Shown here one piece after another: positions 1-10,355 of a stretch of DNA of 64,000 nucleotides. Both the position numbers and the translations under genes were made by a program. How positions within the stretch are numbered: the stretch's first letter is position 1; the number at the start of each line of letters is the position of its first letter. This stretch comes from Eubacteriales bacterium. GTDB lineage: Bacteria; Bacillota; Clostridia; Oscillospirales; CAG-272. Location of the stretch: NCBI GenBank assembly GCA_045632405.1, contig JAZQWO010000054.1, positions 2,291 through 66,290 of the forward strand, given 5' to 3'. The notes beneath the pieces are model-generated. The model was not told the origin of the DNA, searched no databases, and saw only the letters and a program-made list of their open reading frames with translations.

Positions 1-939
1 AACAACTATGCAGTGCTCCTTTGGGAGCTTTGCAAGCTCGTTTCCGTAAATGTGGCGAAGCATATGGGGCAAGCCAACACTGTACTTTGAGCCAATGGCA
101 GCATCACTATATGTAGCCATCACGTTTTTCTGCAAGAACATTTTGCTAATGAACTTGGAAATTTCCTTCACCTTGGGGCGAGCGAACCAGTCAACGCTAC
201 CGCCTGTGATTTCGCGCTCCAGCATGGCGTAGCTTGCAAAAAAGCCGAAGCCGAAGCTCCAATATCCAACGCCCTCAACGCACATACCGTCGTCCTTGTA
301 GCTTGCAAGATAACATTCCATAGCGGAATGAAGCCTTTCTTGATTTTCAAAGAAAAGCTCGGGCGCTTCGTACATCAAAACCGCACCCACAGAGCCTGCG
401 CAAACGGCTGTCCAATTGTTGTCGTGGGTTTCCCAGAAGAATTTGCGCGAAAGATACGGCTCTATTGTTCTGCGTCTTAATTCATATGTAATTCTGTCAA
501 TCAAAAGGCGAGGAAACCTATCCCTGAAAAGGCTTTTGATTTCTGCCAGGGCAAATGCGGCAGAGCCTGCAAAAATGTCAATAAGTCCAAAGTCAAAGTC
601 CTTTGGGGTTTTGCCGTAATATTGCTCTGTGTAGTGACCCAAGGGCGCCCAGGTATAGTCATTCAAGTATGCCCACACGGACTCCAAGAGGTTAGCATAA
701 TACTCCTCGTTATCGGGGTAAATAAGGGACAAAATAGCGCTTGACTGAAGGTGATCGAACTGAAGCCGCCAGATGCCGCGGTCATTTTCGTTCAAAACCT
801 CGTCAGCAGTATGTGGGCGCGGCTTTTCCTTGCCAAACGCTTCATCATACAGCTTTTTCACCTCTTGTCTGTGTTGTTCAAAATCGGGACTTGTGCGCAC
901 GCGCTCCCAAAATGATTTATCACGAGCAAAATCGAGCAT
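1..939 (-). CDS. heparinase II/III-like polysaccharide lyase family protein, N-terminal 313 codons (gene runs off the left window edge)
   Basis: The minus frame is open from ATG 937-939 (MLDFARDKSFWERVR...) to position 1. It is absent from the ORF track because it has no stop in the window. A GGAG RBS lies 6 nt upstream. The motif EGVGYWSFGFGF resembles the heparinase II/III family. Confidence 0.5.
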   Translation of the reverse strand, partial: MLDFARDKSFWERVRTSPDFEQHRQEVKKLYDEAFGKEKPRPHTADEVLNENDRGIWRLQFDHLQSSAILSLIYPDNEEYYANLLESVWAYLNDYTWAPLGHYTEQYYGKTPKDFDFGLIDIFAGSAAFALAEIKSLFRDRFPRLLIDRITYELRRRTIEPYLSRKFFWETHDNNWTAVCAGSVGAVLMYEAPELFFENQERLHSAMECYLASYKDDGMCVEGVGYWSFGFGFFASYAMLEREITGGSVDWFARPKVKEISKFISKMFLQKNVMATYSDAAIGSKYSVGLPHMLRHIYGNELAKLPKEHCIVV

Positions 940-1020
940 ATAGTTCTCCTTTAAAAAGAATTTCTTTTTAATTATGCTACCATAAAAATCCTACAAAAGC
1001 AACCTTTTTAGGGAAATTTA

Positions 1021-1049
1021 TTGACTTTTGCAAAGCAATATTCTATACT
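1021..1049 (+). promoter_or_regulatory. sigma-70-like promoter for the GH127-GH5 pair
   Basis: TTGACT (1021-1026), 17 nt, TATACT (1044-1049). An AAGGAG RBS precedes ATG 1079. Confidence 0.45.
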
Positions 1050-1078
1050 TGAATTATCAAACCTAAGGAGCTTTCGAT

Positions 1079-2893
1079 ATGGATAGAGTTGATTTTTCAA
1101 AAATTAAAATTACAGGCGGATTTTGGGCGCAAAAGCAGGAAATGGTGCGCAACGTTACTATGCGTGCGGTTTATGACAGATTTTACGAAACAGGTAGATT
1201 TGATGCCTTCAAATGCGACCCTAATGCCAAGATTGAGCCACATATTTTTTGGGACTCCGACGTTGCCAAGTGGATTGAGGGTGTTGCATACCTTGCCCGT
1301 GAAAAGCGCGAGCCTGAGCTTGAAAAAATAGTTGACGAGGTTGTTGACGAAATTGAGAAAAACCGCGACACGTGTGGATATTTCAACTCTTTTTACCTTA
1401 CAAGAGAGCAAGAAAACCGCTTTACATACAGGGATTGCCACGAGCTTTATTGCCTCGGTCACTTAATTGAGGCAGCGGTTGCATACTATGAGGCAACAGG
1501 CAAGGACAAGTTTTTGCGCTTAATGTGTGACTATGCAGATTATGTTGAAAGGGTTTTCAAAATCGAAGGCTCTGCCAAGTTCAAAACCCCGGGGCACGAG
1601 GAAATTGAGCTTGCTCTTGTTCGACTTTACGAGTGTACGGGTGAAAAGCGCTACTTAGAGCTTTCAAAGCATTTTGTTGACCAAAAGGGACACGAGGAGA
1701 GCGACCCGCTTTGCGCTTGGACAGAATATGCATACAGCCAGTCCCACAAGCCTGTGCGCGAGCAATTCACAGCCGAGGGTCATGCGGTGCGTGCCGTTTA
1801 TCTCTACTGTGCTATGGCAGATTTGGCTCTCAAATATAATGACGAGGGTCTTTTGACCGCTTGCAAGAAAATTTTTGATAATATTGCTACTAAACGTATG
1901 TACGTAACAGGCGGAATCGGCTCATCTGCCGAGGGTGAGGCATTTACTGTTGACTATGATTTGCCAAACCAGTTGGCCTACACTGAGAGCTGTGCCGCGC
2001 TTGGTCTTGCACTTTTTGCACACCGTATGCTTCTTTTGGAAAATGATGCAAAATATGCATCTGTTGTGGAGCGCGCCATTTACAACGGCTTTATGTCTTC
2101 AACCTCTCTTGACGGACGCGCGTTTTTCTACACTAACCCACTTGAAATTTTGCCGCACATGCTCACCTGCAACACAAGCGTGAAAAACAAAAATCCGCTT
2201 CGCCTGCCAAGTCCGCAAAGGCAAGAGGTGTTTTTCTGCTCCTGCTGTCCGCCTAACATTGTCAGATTTATCCCATCAATTGCTAACTTTATTTACACCG
2301 TGGACAAGGACACGATTTTTGTTCATCAGTTTATGGAAAGCCAAGCAAAAATCAACGTGGATGGGCGCGAAATTGAAATCACGCAAAAAACCGCTTACCC
2401 CTATGACGGCAAGGTGTCAATCAGCGCATCGGGCGGAAATGTAAAGCTGGCGGTGCGCGTGCCTGAGTGGTGCGACTGCTATGAAGGCTGCGAAAACGGC
2501 TATATGTACTATGAAATTAGCGACACAGGGTCGGAAATTTGCCTTGATTTCCAAATGAAGCCGCGATTTGCTTTTGCAAACACAGAGGTGCTTGAGGATG
2601 CGAACAAATGCGCGCTCACATATGGTCCATTAGTTTACTGTATGGAGGGCTGCGACAATTCTGCGCACCTAAGAAACATAGTAATAGACACTGAGGGCGA
2701 GGTTACACTCGGCTTTAACGAAAAACTTGGTGTGCCTACCTTGAGTGCAGACGGTTACACAAGGCACCGCACAAGCAGTCTATATACATATGACCGTGGA
2801 GAGCTTGTAAAAATTAAAGCGCACTACATCCCTTACTTTGCCTTTGCAAACAGAGGAGTTCAGGAAATGCAGGTTTGGGCGTTTTACAAATAA
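1079..2893 (+). CDS. glycoside hydrolase family 127 (DUF1680) beta-L-arabinofuranosidase-like protein
   Basis: 604-aa ORF. The N-terminus KITGGFWAQKQE and the Cys cluster FCSCCPPNIVRF are typical of HypBA1-type GH127 enzymes. Confidence 0.85.
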   Translation: MDRVDFSKIKITGGFWAQKQEMVRNVTMRAVYDRFYETGRFDAFKCDPNAKIEPHIFWDSDVAKWIEGVAYLAREKREPELEKIVDEVVDEIEKNRDTCGYFNSFYLTREQENRFTYRDCHELYCLGHLIEAAVAYYEATGKDKFLRLMCDYADYVERVFKIEGSAKFKTPGHEEIELALVRLYECTGEKRYLELSKHFVDQKGHEESDPLCAWTEYAYSQSHKPVREQFTAEGHAVRAVYLYCAMADLALKYNDEGLLTACKKIFDNIATKRMYVTGGIGSSAEGEAFTVDYDLPNQLAYTESCAALGLALFAHRMLLLENDAKYASVVERAIYNGFMSSTSLDGRAFFYTNPLEILPHMLTCNTSVKNKNPLRLPSPQRQEVFFCSCCPPNIVRFIPSIANFIYTVDKDTIFVHQFMESQAKINVDGREIEITQKTAYPYDGKVSISASGGNVKLAVRVPEWCDCYEGCENGYMYYEISDTGSEICLDFQMKPRFAFANTEVLEDANKCALTYGPLVYCMEGCDNSAHLRNIVIDTEGEVTLGFNEKLGVPTLSADGYTRHRTSSLYTYDRGELVKIKAHYIPYFAFANRGVQEMQVWAFYK

Positions 2894-2904
2894 GGAGAGA
2901 TAAA

Positions 2905-3987
2905 ATGGAGTTTACATTCAAAAAAGGAATGGGCATTGGCGGTTGGCTAACCAACTACAAAAGATTTAACGTTTTGCCAAATGATAAGCGTTTGGAGTTA
3001 ACAATAGGCGACTATGAGCATTTTGATTCATACATTACTGAGTGGGACGTTATCAACATCAAAAATATGGGACTTGACCACATCCGCTTGGGCTTTGACC
3101 AGATTGTTTTAGAGGAATCTCCCTTTGTATACAGAGAGCGCACGATGGCTTTGGTGGAAAATTTTGTCAGCCTTTGCGAAAAGCACGGCTTGGGCATTAT
3201 CCTTAATTTGCATAAATGCATCGGCAACTACTGTGATATTGAAGAGGATGTTACTATTTTTGATAGCTCCGAGCTGCAAGAACGCTTTATTGCCCTTTGG
3301 CTTGAGCTTGAGCGTCGCTTCAAGGATAAAGAGAGCGTTATTTTTGAGCTTTTGAACGAAGTGCGTGACATTGAGCCAAATCTTTGGAATGATTTGGCTG
3401 AAAGAACTTTAAATGCTATAAGAGCGGTAAACAAATCAAGAAAAATCATAATAGGCTCAACCTGTTGGAATAATCCGAATAAGCTACACTCCCTTCGGGT
3501 TTTTGATGATGAAAACGTGATTTATACCTTCCATATGTATGACCCCTCAGAGTTTACGCATCAACGTGGAGTTTTGCATTGGAAGCAGCTTTATTACAAC
3601 AGAAAAATGGAATATCCTGCAAGCTCCGAGAAGTATCGCGAGTTTTACAAGCTCCTTTACGGAAACGAAAATGCGTATGCGGAGTTTGAGCGTGTTGACA
3701 TCAATTATATGCGCACTCTTTTTGAGCCTGTCAAGGAGTTCAAGAAAAAGAACCCTGATAAAATACTTTGGCTTGGAGAGTTTGGCACAATCCGCCACGC
3801 AGATATAAAAAGCCGTGAAAATTGGATGAGGGATGTTATCACTCTTGCGCGCGAATGTGATGTGCCATACTGCGTTTGGAATTACCTCAGCACGCCAAAC
3901 GATGGCAACCGCTTCAGCTTGGTTGACGACGATACAAGAGAAATTTTGAGCGCGGAAATGCTCAAAATCATCAACGGAGAATTTTAA
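2905..3987 (+). CDS. glycoside hydrolase family 5 (cellulase/mannanase-type) protein
   Basis: I chose the start at ATG 2905, behind an AAGGAGAG RBS; the track ORF starts at 2875. Motifs are GIGGWLTNY, the acid/base motif LLNEV and the nucleophile motif WLGEFG. Confidence 0.8.
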   Translation: MEFTFKKGMGIGGWLTNYKRFNVLPNDKRLELTIGDYEHFDSYITEWDVINIKNMGLDHIRLGFDQIVLEESPFVYRERTMALVENFVSLCEKHGLGIILNLHKCIGNYCDIEEDVTIFDSSELQERFIALWLELERRFKDKESVIFELLNEVRDIEPNLWNDLAERTLNAIRAVNKSRKIIIGSTCWNNPNKLHSLRVFDDENVIYTFHMYDPSEFTHQRGVLHWKQLYYNRKMEYPASSEKYREFYKLLYGNENAYAEFERVDINYMRTLFEPVKEFKKKNPDKILWLGEFGTIRHADIKSRENWMRDVITLARECDVPYCVWNYLSTPNDGNRFSLVDDDTREILSAEMLKIINGEF

Positions 3988-4089
3988 TCTGGAAAAAATA
4001 ATATTTTTTTCATTTTTTGAAGGATTTTTGGTCAAATATTCCTTTTTAATATTAAAGGAGTAAACAAGTCCTTTAGGAAGGAGAACAAA

Positions 4090-4941
4090 ATGACAAAAGC
4101 TATTCTGAAAATACTCTCACTAATATTGGCTTTTATTTTGCTCGTACCGCTGGTGATTGCTTGCGGAGAGGAAAACCCCGAAAACGAGCAAACCGCGCTT
4201 CAACGCTTCGAGAAAATGAGCGAATACGAAAAAGCGTTTTTCATTCTGACAAATGATATTGCTGTAAAGAAAATCAGATCCGATGCTACCGCTAACGTTG
4301 CCTGCAAATATAAAGGCTATTCCCTTGTGGCATCCTTAGTTGGATTTACGGTGGAAATGGATGATGAAGCGGAATATTTTCTCTATTCCGAGCAAACCCT
4401 TTCATTAACAATTGCCGGTGGCTCGCAGGTTACACTTGCCAAGCAGGGCTATGCCGATGGAAAGGAATTTATATACACCGCCACCAACGGCTCAGGCAAG
4501 GGCTATTATGCGGAGTCAACAGTTGAAGCGATCAAAGAAAAGCGCCGCAAGCAGCTCGAAAGCGGTCCTGCCGATGACTTTGGTTTAAACGCTTCTAACT
4601 GCCAGGCGGCCTGCACACAAAATGCACACGGCGGTTGGGTTGCTACCTTTACAAATGTCGGCACAGACAGCTTGGGAGAGTTCAAAAAATACATTGATAT
4701 GTCCTTTGGCGACATTCTTGATTCATCCGACCTTATGGGAGTTACCTTAGAGGTTATTGTATCTGCAAATCTTAAGCCTGTTTCCATTAAGCTGGACTAC
4801 ATCTTTAAAGATGCAAATACAAAGCTCACGGTGGAATCAACCTTCACAATTGATGACGATGTTGAGCTACCAACGGTTGACTTGACAGGCTACACAAAAA
4901 AGTCAAGCCTTGGCAATAATTCACCGGGCGTTGGCATGTAA
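4090..4941 (+). CDS. lipoprotein of unknown function (paralog of 5553-6401)
   Basis: Signal peptide with lipobox LVIAC. Clear protein similarity to the next-but-one gene (DDFGLNASNCQ...GGWVATFTNVG versus DDFGLTKDNCQ...GSWVATYTDVT). Confidence 0.75.
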   Translation: MTKAILKILSLILAFILLVPLVIACGEENPENEQTALQRFEKMSEYEKAFFILTNDIAVKKIRSDATANVACKYKGYSLVASLVGFTVEMDDEAEYFLYSEQTLSLTIAGGSQVTLAKQGYADGKEFIYTATNGSGKGYYAESTVEAIKEKRRKQLESGPADDFGLNASNCQAACTQNAHGGWVATFTNVGTDSLGEFKKYIDMSFGDILDSSDLMGVTLEVIVSANLKPVSIKLDYIFKDANTKLTVESTFTIDDDVELPTVDLTGYTKKSSLGNNSPGVGM

Positions 4942-5050
4942 TACAACGAAGGGTTGAGAATTTGATCGATTTTCAAACCAACGGTTGCTTGACACCTCTT
5001 ACCCAAAAATGATATAATATTTATAGAAAATATCACAAGGGGGGACAAAA

Positions 5051-5434
5051 GTGCTTATTATCGTATTTCTTGGATTTTTTATAATGGTAGTCTTTGCCAT
5101 TGTCCTTTTGTTCCGCGTGATTTTTGCAGGCTCGCACACGTTTGTGAAAACCCCGAAAAAGCAGCTTCGCGCCACTATTTTCGGCAAGCGCTCACGCGAT
5201 GTCTTTCGTGCAAGCGGCGTTTACACTAACTATTTTATTACGTTTGAGCTTGGCGAGGGGGACCGCATTGAGTTATCCGTTGACAAAAAGCTATTCAAGG
5301 AAGAAAATATCGGGGTGCGCGGCATCCTTACCTACAAGGGTAATATTTTCCTTTCCTTTGACGAAGAAAAGGACGAAACAGAGGGGGAAAAAAGCACCGT
5401 CATTTTAAACGGTGCGGAATTCACGGAGAAATAA
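5051..5434 (+). CDS. small membrane-anchored protein, DUF2500-like
   Basis: GTG start behind a GGGGGG RBS. One N-terminal TM helix and then a roughly 90-aa soluble domain. The family assignment is from memory only. Confidence 0.55.
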   Translation: MLIIVFLGFFIMVVFAIVLLFRVIFAGSHTFVKTPKKQLRATIFGKRSRDVFRASGVYTNYFITFELGEGDRIELSVDKKLFKEENIGVRGILTYKGNIFLSFDEEKDETEGEKSTVILNGAEFTEK

Positions 5435-5552
5435 TCTTTCACGGATATTTCTCTAACTAAATAATCTACGGTTGTATTACGTTCCGCAGACATAATTATA
5501 ATTAAGTACAGTGAGCCTTTGTGCTTGCAATAAATTTAAGGAGAGAAAAACT

Positions 5553-6401
5553 ATGAAATCATTCACACTGAAACTATTATCACTAATGTTGGTTTGCTTT
5601 ATGCTTTTGCCAATGCTGTTTGCCTGCGGCGAGGAAGAAACACCGCCATCAAGCAATCCGCCCGCCAATGACAAATTAAGTCAATTCGAGGCTATGAGCG
5701 AAAAGGACAAGGCAATCTACATATTAACAACAGATTACGATGACAACGGAAAAATCAGCGGAGATATGAAGCTATCTCTATCCTGCAACTATATGGGCTA
5801 TGCAATTTCTGCCATAGTCAGCGGCAAAACCGTACAGATTGACGCTGATGGCACCTATGTTGACTACACAGAAAGCACAATGTCTATGACAATGGCAGGT
5901 CAGTCCCAGGTTAGCACATCCAAAAGCGGTTACATTGACGGCAAGGAATTCTCATACGTAGAGGTTGACGGCGTGGGACAAGGCGAATACTCCGCAACCA
6001 CAAAAGAGGACTACATTGCAAACAAGGATGACGAGGACCAGGACACCGTTGATGACTTTGGACTTACCAAGGACAATTGCCAGACTATTACCTGCTCCAA
6101 AAACAGCCAGGGCAGCTGGGTAGCAACCTATACTGACGTGACGGAAGAGGGCTTGGCTGAATTCAAGGAGCTTTTAGCGTCCTTTGAGGGTCTTATCAGT
6201 GCGGACGATTTGGTTGATGTAGTGGTTACTCTTACTGTATCAAGCACTCTTCAGCCTATGGGAGTCAAGGTAGCCTTTGAGTTTAGCGGCGAAAACCCAC
6301 CTGTGCTTACTCTTGATGCCACATATGCCATCGGCAATGACGTAGAAGTGCCTGATATCGACTTTTCAACATTCACCGACAAGTCTGCTCCAAACCTATA
6401 A
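5553..6401 (+). CDS. lipoprotein of unknown function (paralog of 4090-4941)
   Basis: Start at ATG 5553, behind an AAGGAGAG RBS. Lipobox LFAC. Same domain order as 4090-4941. Confidence 0.75.
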   Translation: MKSFTLKLLSLMLVCFMLLPMLFACGEEETPPSSNPPANDKLSQFEAMSEKDKAIYILTTDYDDNGKISGDMKLSLSCNYMGYAISAIVSGKTVQIDADGTYVDYTESTMSMTMAGQSQVSTSKSGYIDGKEFSYVEVDGVGQGEYSATTKEDYIANKDDEDQDTVDDFGLTKDNCQTITCSKNSQGSWVATYTDVTEEGLAEFKELLASFEGLISADDLVDVVVTLTVSSTLQPMGVKVAFEFSGENPPVLTLDATYAIGNDVEVPDIDFSTFTDKSAPNL

Positions 6402-6407
6402 TAAAAG

Positions 6408-6437
6408 AAAAATCGCACACCCTGTGTGCGATTTTTT
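6408..6437. terminator. bidirectional rho-independent terminator
   Basis: ATCGCACAC-CCT-GTGTGCGAT stem-loop flanked by an A-run and a T-run, between convergent genes. Confidence 0.7.
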
Positions 6438-6440
6438 ATT

Positions 6441-7526
6441 TTAAATCTTATCAATTATTACAAGCACGGCGGTTACCACAACGGGAATAACTGTGTATGT
6501 AAGAATGAACAAAATCCAGAAGAATTTTGCTTTCTTTACTCCAATGGAAATGCTATCTAACAAAGGATTAGTTTCGTTATTAACACCTATAACCTTATAG
6601 GAAATAAGATACATTACACCGTGAAGGAAAAGCGCGCCCAAAAGTCCAACAAAAAGCGGACCTGTTGCTTCGATATGCTTATATTGTGTGATAATATCAA
6701 GGTTCAAAATTATACTTGTTGCAAAGCACAATGCGCAAATAACGAGCCAAGACCACAAATAAAATTTGATGTCCGCAAGTCTCCAGAAGAATTTACGCGG
6801 TTTTCTGATTTGGTGGGCAATATCCTCCAAAACGCTTTGATTGTACGCCACCGTCATATTAACAGTATCGGTGCAGTCGGAAATATAAGTATATCTAATT
6901 TCCTCGTCAGACTCAACTCTTACAACCCAAATGGGGAAGTAAACAGTTTGTAGAATCTGATATTCCGCCTGAGTAATTTCCTTGCCCTCTTCTGCGCCGA
7001 ATTCCGCAAAGGTGATAACCCTTGTCATATCGTTGCTTCCAAGAACTGTAACATCCTTGTATTTTTCATCGTGTGCATCAAAAGCGTTATGCGCCCCAAC
7101 GTCGAAAAATTCCTCATTCATATCGGCATCAGATGCGAAAAGGTCAGGTATATGTAACTTTTTACCTCTGCTACCAAAGTCCTTAACGCGGCTACGGCAA
7201 GCGCCCTCAAAGCCAACAGTGCACTTATATCTGTCCAAGCGCATATAATGCACAGGAAAATAACATAGCTCTATGGGTGCAGACTTCAATGCTTCAATAT
7301 AGCTCTCCTCTGCACAGCGCAAGCCCTTAATCGCCTTGAGAAGCTTGGCTTTTGCCTGCTTAGCTGTACTCTTTTCTGCAATAACGTACTGATATTCCAA
7401 ATCAGAGAGCATATCGACCAGCTTGTGCTCAGCAACCACCTCGGCAGAATGATAATAGCTTTTATTATATTTACTTGTCTTGATCTCTTCCTTTTCAAAA
7501 GCCCTATCAATATTCTTTATTTTCAT
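6441..7526 (-). CDS. hypothetical membrane protein
   Basis: 361-aa ORF with a GAGGTGA RBS. A soluble N-terminal part of about 230 aa is followed by 3-4 hydrophobic helices. No motif recognised. Confidence 0.6.
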   Translation of the reverse strand: MKIKNIDRAFEKEEIKTSKYNKSYYHSAEVVAEHKLVDMLSDLEYQYVIAEKSTAKQAKAKLLKAIKGLRCAEESYIEALKSAPIELCYFPVHYMRLDRYKCTVGFEGACRSRVKDFGSRGKKLHIPDLFASDADMNEEFFDVGAHNAFDAHDEKYKDVTVLGSNDMTRVITFAEFGAEEGKEITQAEYQILQTVYFPIWVVRVESDEEIRYTYISDCTDTVNMTVAYNQSVLEDIAHQIRKPRKFFWRLADIKFYLWSWLVICALCFATSIILNLDIITQYKHIEATGPLFVGLLGALFLHGVMYLISYKVIGVNNETNPLLDSISIGVKKAKFFWILFILTYTVIPVVVTAVLVIIDKI

Positions 7527-7672
7527 TCTTTCACCTCTAAAATCCGATTATATCAAGAATGTGCTTAAAATATTATATCACACTAAATATAGTAAGTCAA
7601 TGCAAAATATAAATAAATATTTTTATTGAAATTAACTAAACTTTGTGCTATACTATACTATAGTCCAAATAA

Positions 7673-7747
7673 GCTGACGTAGCACAGTGGTAGTGCAGCT
7701 GATTCGTAATCAGCAGGTCGTGAGTTCAAATCTCATCGTCAGCTCCA
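7673..7747 (+). tRNA. tRNA-Thr (anticodon CGU)
   Basis: The cloverleaf folds by hand: acceptor GCTGACG/CGTCAGC, anticodon stem GCTGA/TCAGC with loop TTCGTAA, T-loop TTCAAAT, and an encoded CCA. Confidence 0.9.
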
Positions 7748-7778
7748 TTTTTTTGTCACACGGAAGGAGGGGTAGCAG

Positions 7779-8681
7779 GTGAATCTTTGCGATATTAACG
7801 TAGTTAAACGTATAATGTCAAAGTATGGTACAGGCACAAAAAAGAGCTTTGGTCAAAACTTTCTTATAAACAAGCAAGTGCCTATGGACATAGCTGAAGA
7901 AAGCTATTCCTACCACTCTTATAAAAACGGCTCAAGAGAAAGCGGGGTTATTGAGATAGGTCCCGGCATCGGATGCCTGACAAACGAGCTTTGTCTCTCC
8001 TATGACAAGGTTGTTGCTGTGGAGATTGACAAAACTCTTATCCCCATTTTGGCAGAAACCTTGAGCGAGCATCAAAATGTTTCCGTTATAAACGAGGACT
8101 TTTTGAAAATTGACCTCTGCTCCTTTATAAGTGAGCATTTTGGTGACAACCCTGTTTCCGTTTGTGCGAACTTACCCTATTACATAACCACCCCTATTGT
8201 TATGAAGCTTTTAGAGGGGGCGCGCGACGAAAACGGCAAAAGCAGGCTCACATCTGTTACCGTTATGGTGCAGCGCGAGGTTGCAAACCGCCTGTGTGCA
8301 TCCAACCTTGACGGAGATTACGGTGCTATAACCGCATCAATCAACTATTACGGACAGGCTGTCAAGCTTTTTGATGTAACTCCAGATAACTTTTTGCCGC
8401 CACCTAAGGTGACCTCATCCGTTATCAGAATAGAGCTTTATGACACTCCGCCATACAAGGTAGAGAGTGAAAAAATGCTTTTCAAGGTGATTGAGGGTGC
8501 TTTTGCTCAACGCAGAAAAACTATGGTAAACTCATTAAGCTCTGTTTTTTCAAATATTCCAAAATCAAGAATTGGCGAAATAATTACCGAGCTTGGCTTT
8601 GACATCAATATCAGGGGAGAGCGACTTTCTATACAGGATTTTTGCGCCCTTGCAGATAAATTTTACGAGGAATTGAAATAA
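7779..8681 (+). CDS. rsmA: 16S rRNA (adenine1518/1519-N6)-dimethyltransferase
   Basis: GTG start behind a GGAGGGG RBS. Motifs FGQNFLINK and VIEIGPGIG (SAM site) indicate the KsgA family. Confidence 0.9.
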   Translation: MNLCDINVVKRIMSKYGTGTKKSFGQNFLINKQVPMDIAEESYSYHSYKNGSRESGVIEIGPGIGCLTNELCLSYDKVVAVEIDKTLIPILAETLSEHQNVSVINEDFLKIDLCSFISEHFGDNPVSVCANLPYYITTPIVMKLLEGARDENGKSRLTSVTVMVQREVANRLCASNLDGDYGAITASINYYGQAVKLFDVTPDNFLPPPKVTSSVIRIELYDTPPYKVESEKMLFKVIEGAFAQRRKTMVNSLSSVFSNIPKSRIGEIITELGFDINIRGERLSIQDFCALADKFYEELK

Positions 8682-9451
8682 TGCCATTTTTAGGAACTAT
8701 TGTGAACTGCTTAGCAATTGCAGGCGGCTCCATTTTAGGTATTTTACTCTCGCGCTTGTTTTCCAAAAGCCATAGGCTGGCAACTATACCGGATGCCGCA
8801 ATGAAGGCAATTTCCGTTTTTGTGTGCGTCATTGGTATAAAGGGCTTTATAGATGCGGCAAACAGTCCAACTGCCCACAAAAACATGGCAATCATTGTGT
8901 TGCTTTCCTTAGTTGTTGGCACAGTTGTGGGCACTGCCTGTAACATTGACGGATGGCTTGAGCGCTTTGGCTCTTTTATGGAACGCAAGTTTGTAAAATC
9001 GAAGCCACAGGCTATTGGCGAGTGCGAGATTGACGAAATAAGAAATAGAAAAAGCATATCAAAGGGATTTGTTTCAACCACACTTACCTGCTGTGTGGGC
9101 GCGCTTTCCATTATGGGTGCACTTAACAGCGGATTAACAGGCGGGGCAAACCAAGAGCTTTTGTACACCAAATCGGTTTTGGACTTCATCACTGCTCTTG
9201 TTTTCGCCTCATCCTTTGGTGGCATCGGTGCGCTTTTGTCTATCATTCCCGTGTTCATTTATCAAGGCGGCATTGAGCTTGGAGCAAGCGCCCTTCAAGG
9301 TCCGCTTATGAACTGCATTAATGAAATTTCAGCCACAGGGTCGGTTATTGTTGTGGCTCTCGGCTTGAATATGACAGGTGCAACGAAGATAAAAATTGCC
9401 AATATGCTCCCTGCGGTTTTTTTGCCAATTCTATTTTGTATGTTTATGTAA
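8681..9451 (+). CDS. DUF554 family membrane protein (YqgA-like)
   Basis: MPFLGTIVNCLAIAGGSILG... and ...IPVFIYQGGIELGA...ISATGSVIVVALGLN match the DUF554 pattern. A charged insertion of about 30 aa sits mid-protein. Confidence 0.75.
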   Translation: MPFLGTIVNCLAIAGGSILGILLSRLFSKSHRLATIPDAAMKAISVFVCVIGIKGFIDAANSPTAHKNMAIIVLLSLVVGTVVGTACNIDGWLERFGSFMERKFVKSKPQAIGECEIDEIRNRKSISKGFVSTTLTCCVGALSIMGALNSGLTGGANQELLYTKSVLDFITALVFASSFGGIGALLSIIPVFIYQGGIELGASALQGPLMNCINEISATGSVIVVALGLNMTGATKIKIANMLPAVFLPILFCMFM

Positions 9452-9455
9452 ATTT

Positions 9456-9483
9456 AAAAAGGCTGTCGTCTGACAGCCTTTTT
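9456..9483. terminator. bidirectional rho-independent terminator
   Basis: AAAAA-GGCTGTC-GTCT-GACAGCC-TTTTT between convergent genes. Confidence 0.8.
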
Positions 9484-9484
9484 A

Positions 9485-10291
9485 TTATACGTTTTTGAAT
9501 AGGTTAAGTCCCGATTTTCTAATAACCCAACTAAAAAAGCGAGGGGCAAAGCGAGGAAATGCGCGGAACATAAAGCTCATAAAATGAGCATCAGCACCCA
9601 CAACAATTCTTCTCTTGCGGCGAACCACACGGCGCAATATCTTTTTTGCGGTCTTTTTGGTATCGGCACTGAAGAATTTGATAAGACCCTTGTCCTTTTC
9701 CGTTGCCTCTTGGTTTTTCATAATATTTGTTTTTACAAAGCCTGGCATAACGCAAGACACACGAAGGTCGCGTCTTTCAAAAGATAGTGCTTCAGTAAAG
9801 CGCTCAAGCGCCGCCTTGGATGCGGAATATGCGGCAACCCCCGCAAAGGGACAAAGCGCAGATGCGCTTGAAATATTAACTACCGCGCCACCCTTTTCCA
9901 TAATGGGCATTATGTACTTGCAGGCATAAACTGCGGAAAGATAATTGACGGACATAACGTCCTCTATTCCTTCTATTTCTGCATTTTCCACAGAGGAAAA
10001 CTTAGGCAGCATACCTGCACAATTTATCAAAACAGTGGGGAGAGTGTTCCAATTTGTGAAATAACTCGCCATTTTCTCCCAGCTGCTCTTGTCACAAACA
10101 TCCATAACAGCGCACAAAAAATTTTCAGGTCCAAGCTCCTCACGCAAGAGGTCAAGCCTTGGCAGATTTCTGCCAATACCATATACAATGCAGCCGTATT
10201 TTTTGACAAGCAAGGTGGCAATCTCCTTGCCGATTCCCGAGGATGCCCCTGTCACTATTGCAATTTTACCCTTTAAGTTTAATTTTTTCAT
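9485..10291 (-). CDS. SDR family oxidoreductase
   Basis: Rossmann motif TGASSGIG and catalytic YSASK. Confidence 0.85.
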   Translation of the reverse strand: MKKLNLKGKIAIVTGASSGIGKEIATLLVKKYGCIVYGIGRNLPRLDLLREELGPENFLCAVMDVCDKSSWEKMASYFTNWNTLPTVLINCAGMLPKFSSVENAEIEGIEDVMSVNYLSAVYACKYIMPIMEKGGAVVNISSASALCPFAGVAAYSASKAALERFTEALSFERRDLRVSCVMPGFVKTNIMKNQEATEKDKGLIKFFSADTKKTAKKILRRVVRRKRRIVVGADAHFMSFMFRAFPRFAPRFFSWVIRKSGLNLFKNV

Positions 10292-10355
10292 ATTACCTCT
10301 TTAAAAATCAGCACAGGCATAGTGTCTGTGCTGATTTCTTATTCATAAGCTTTAA

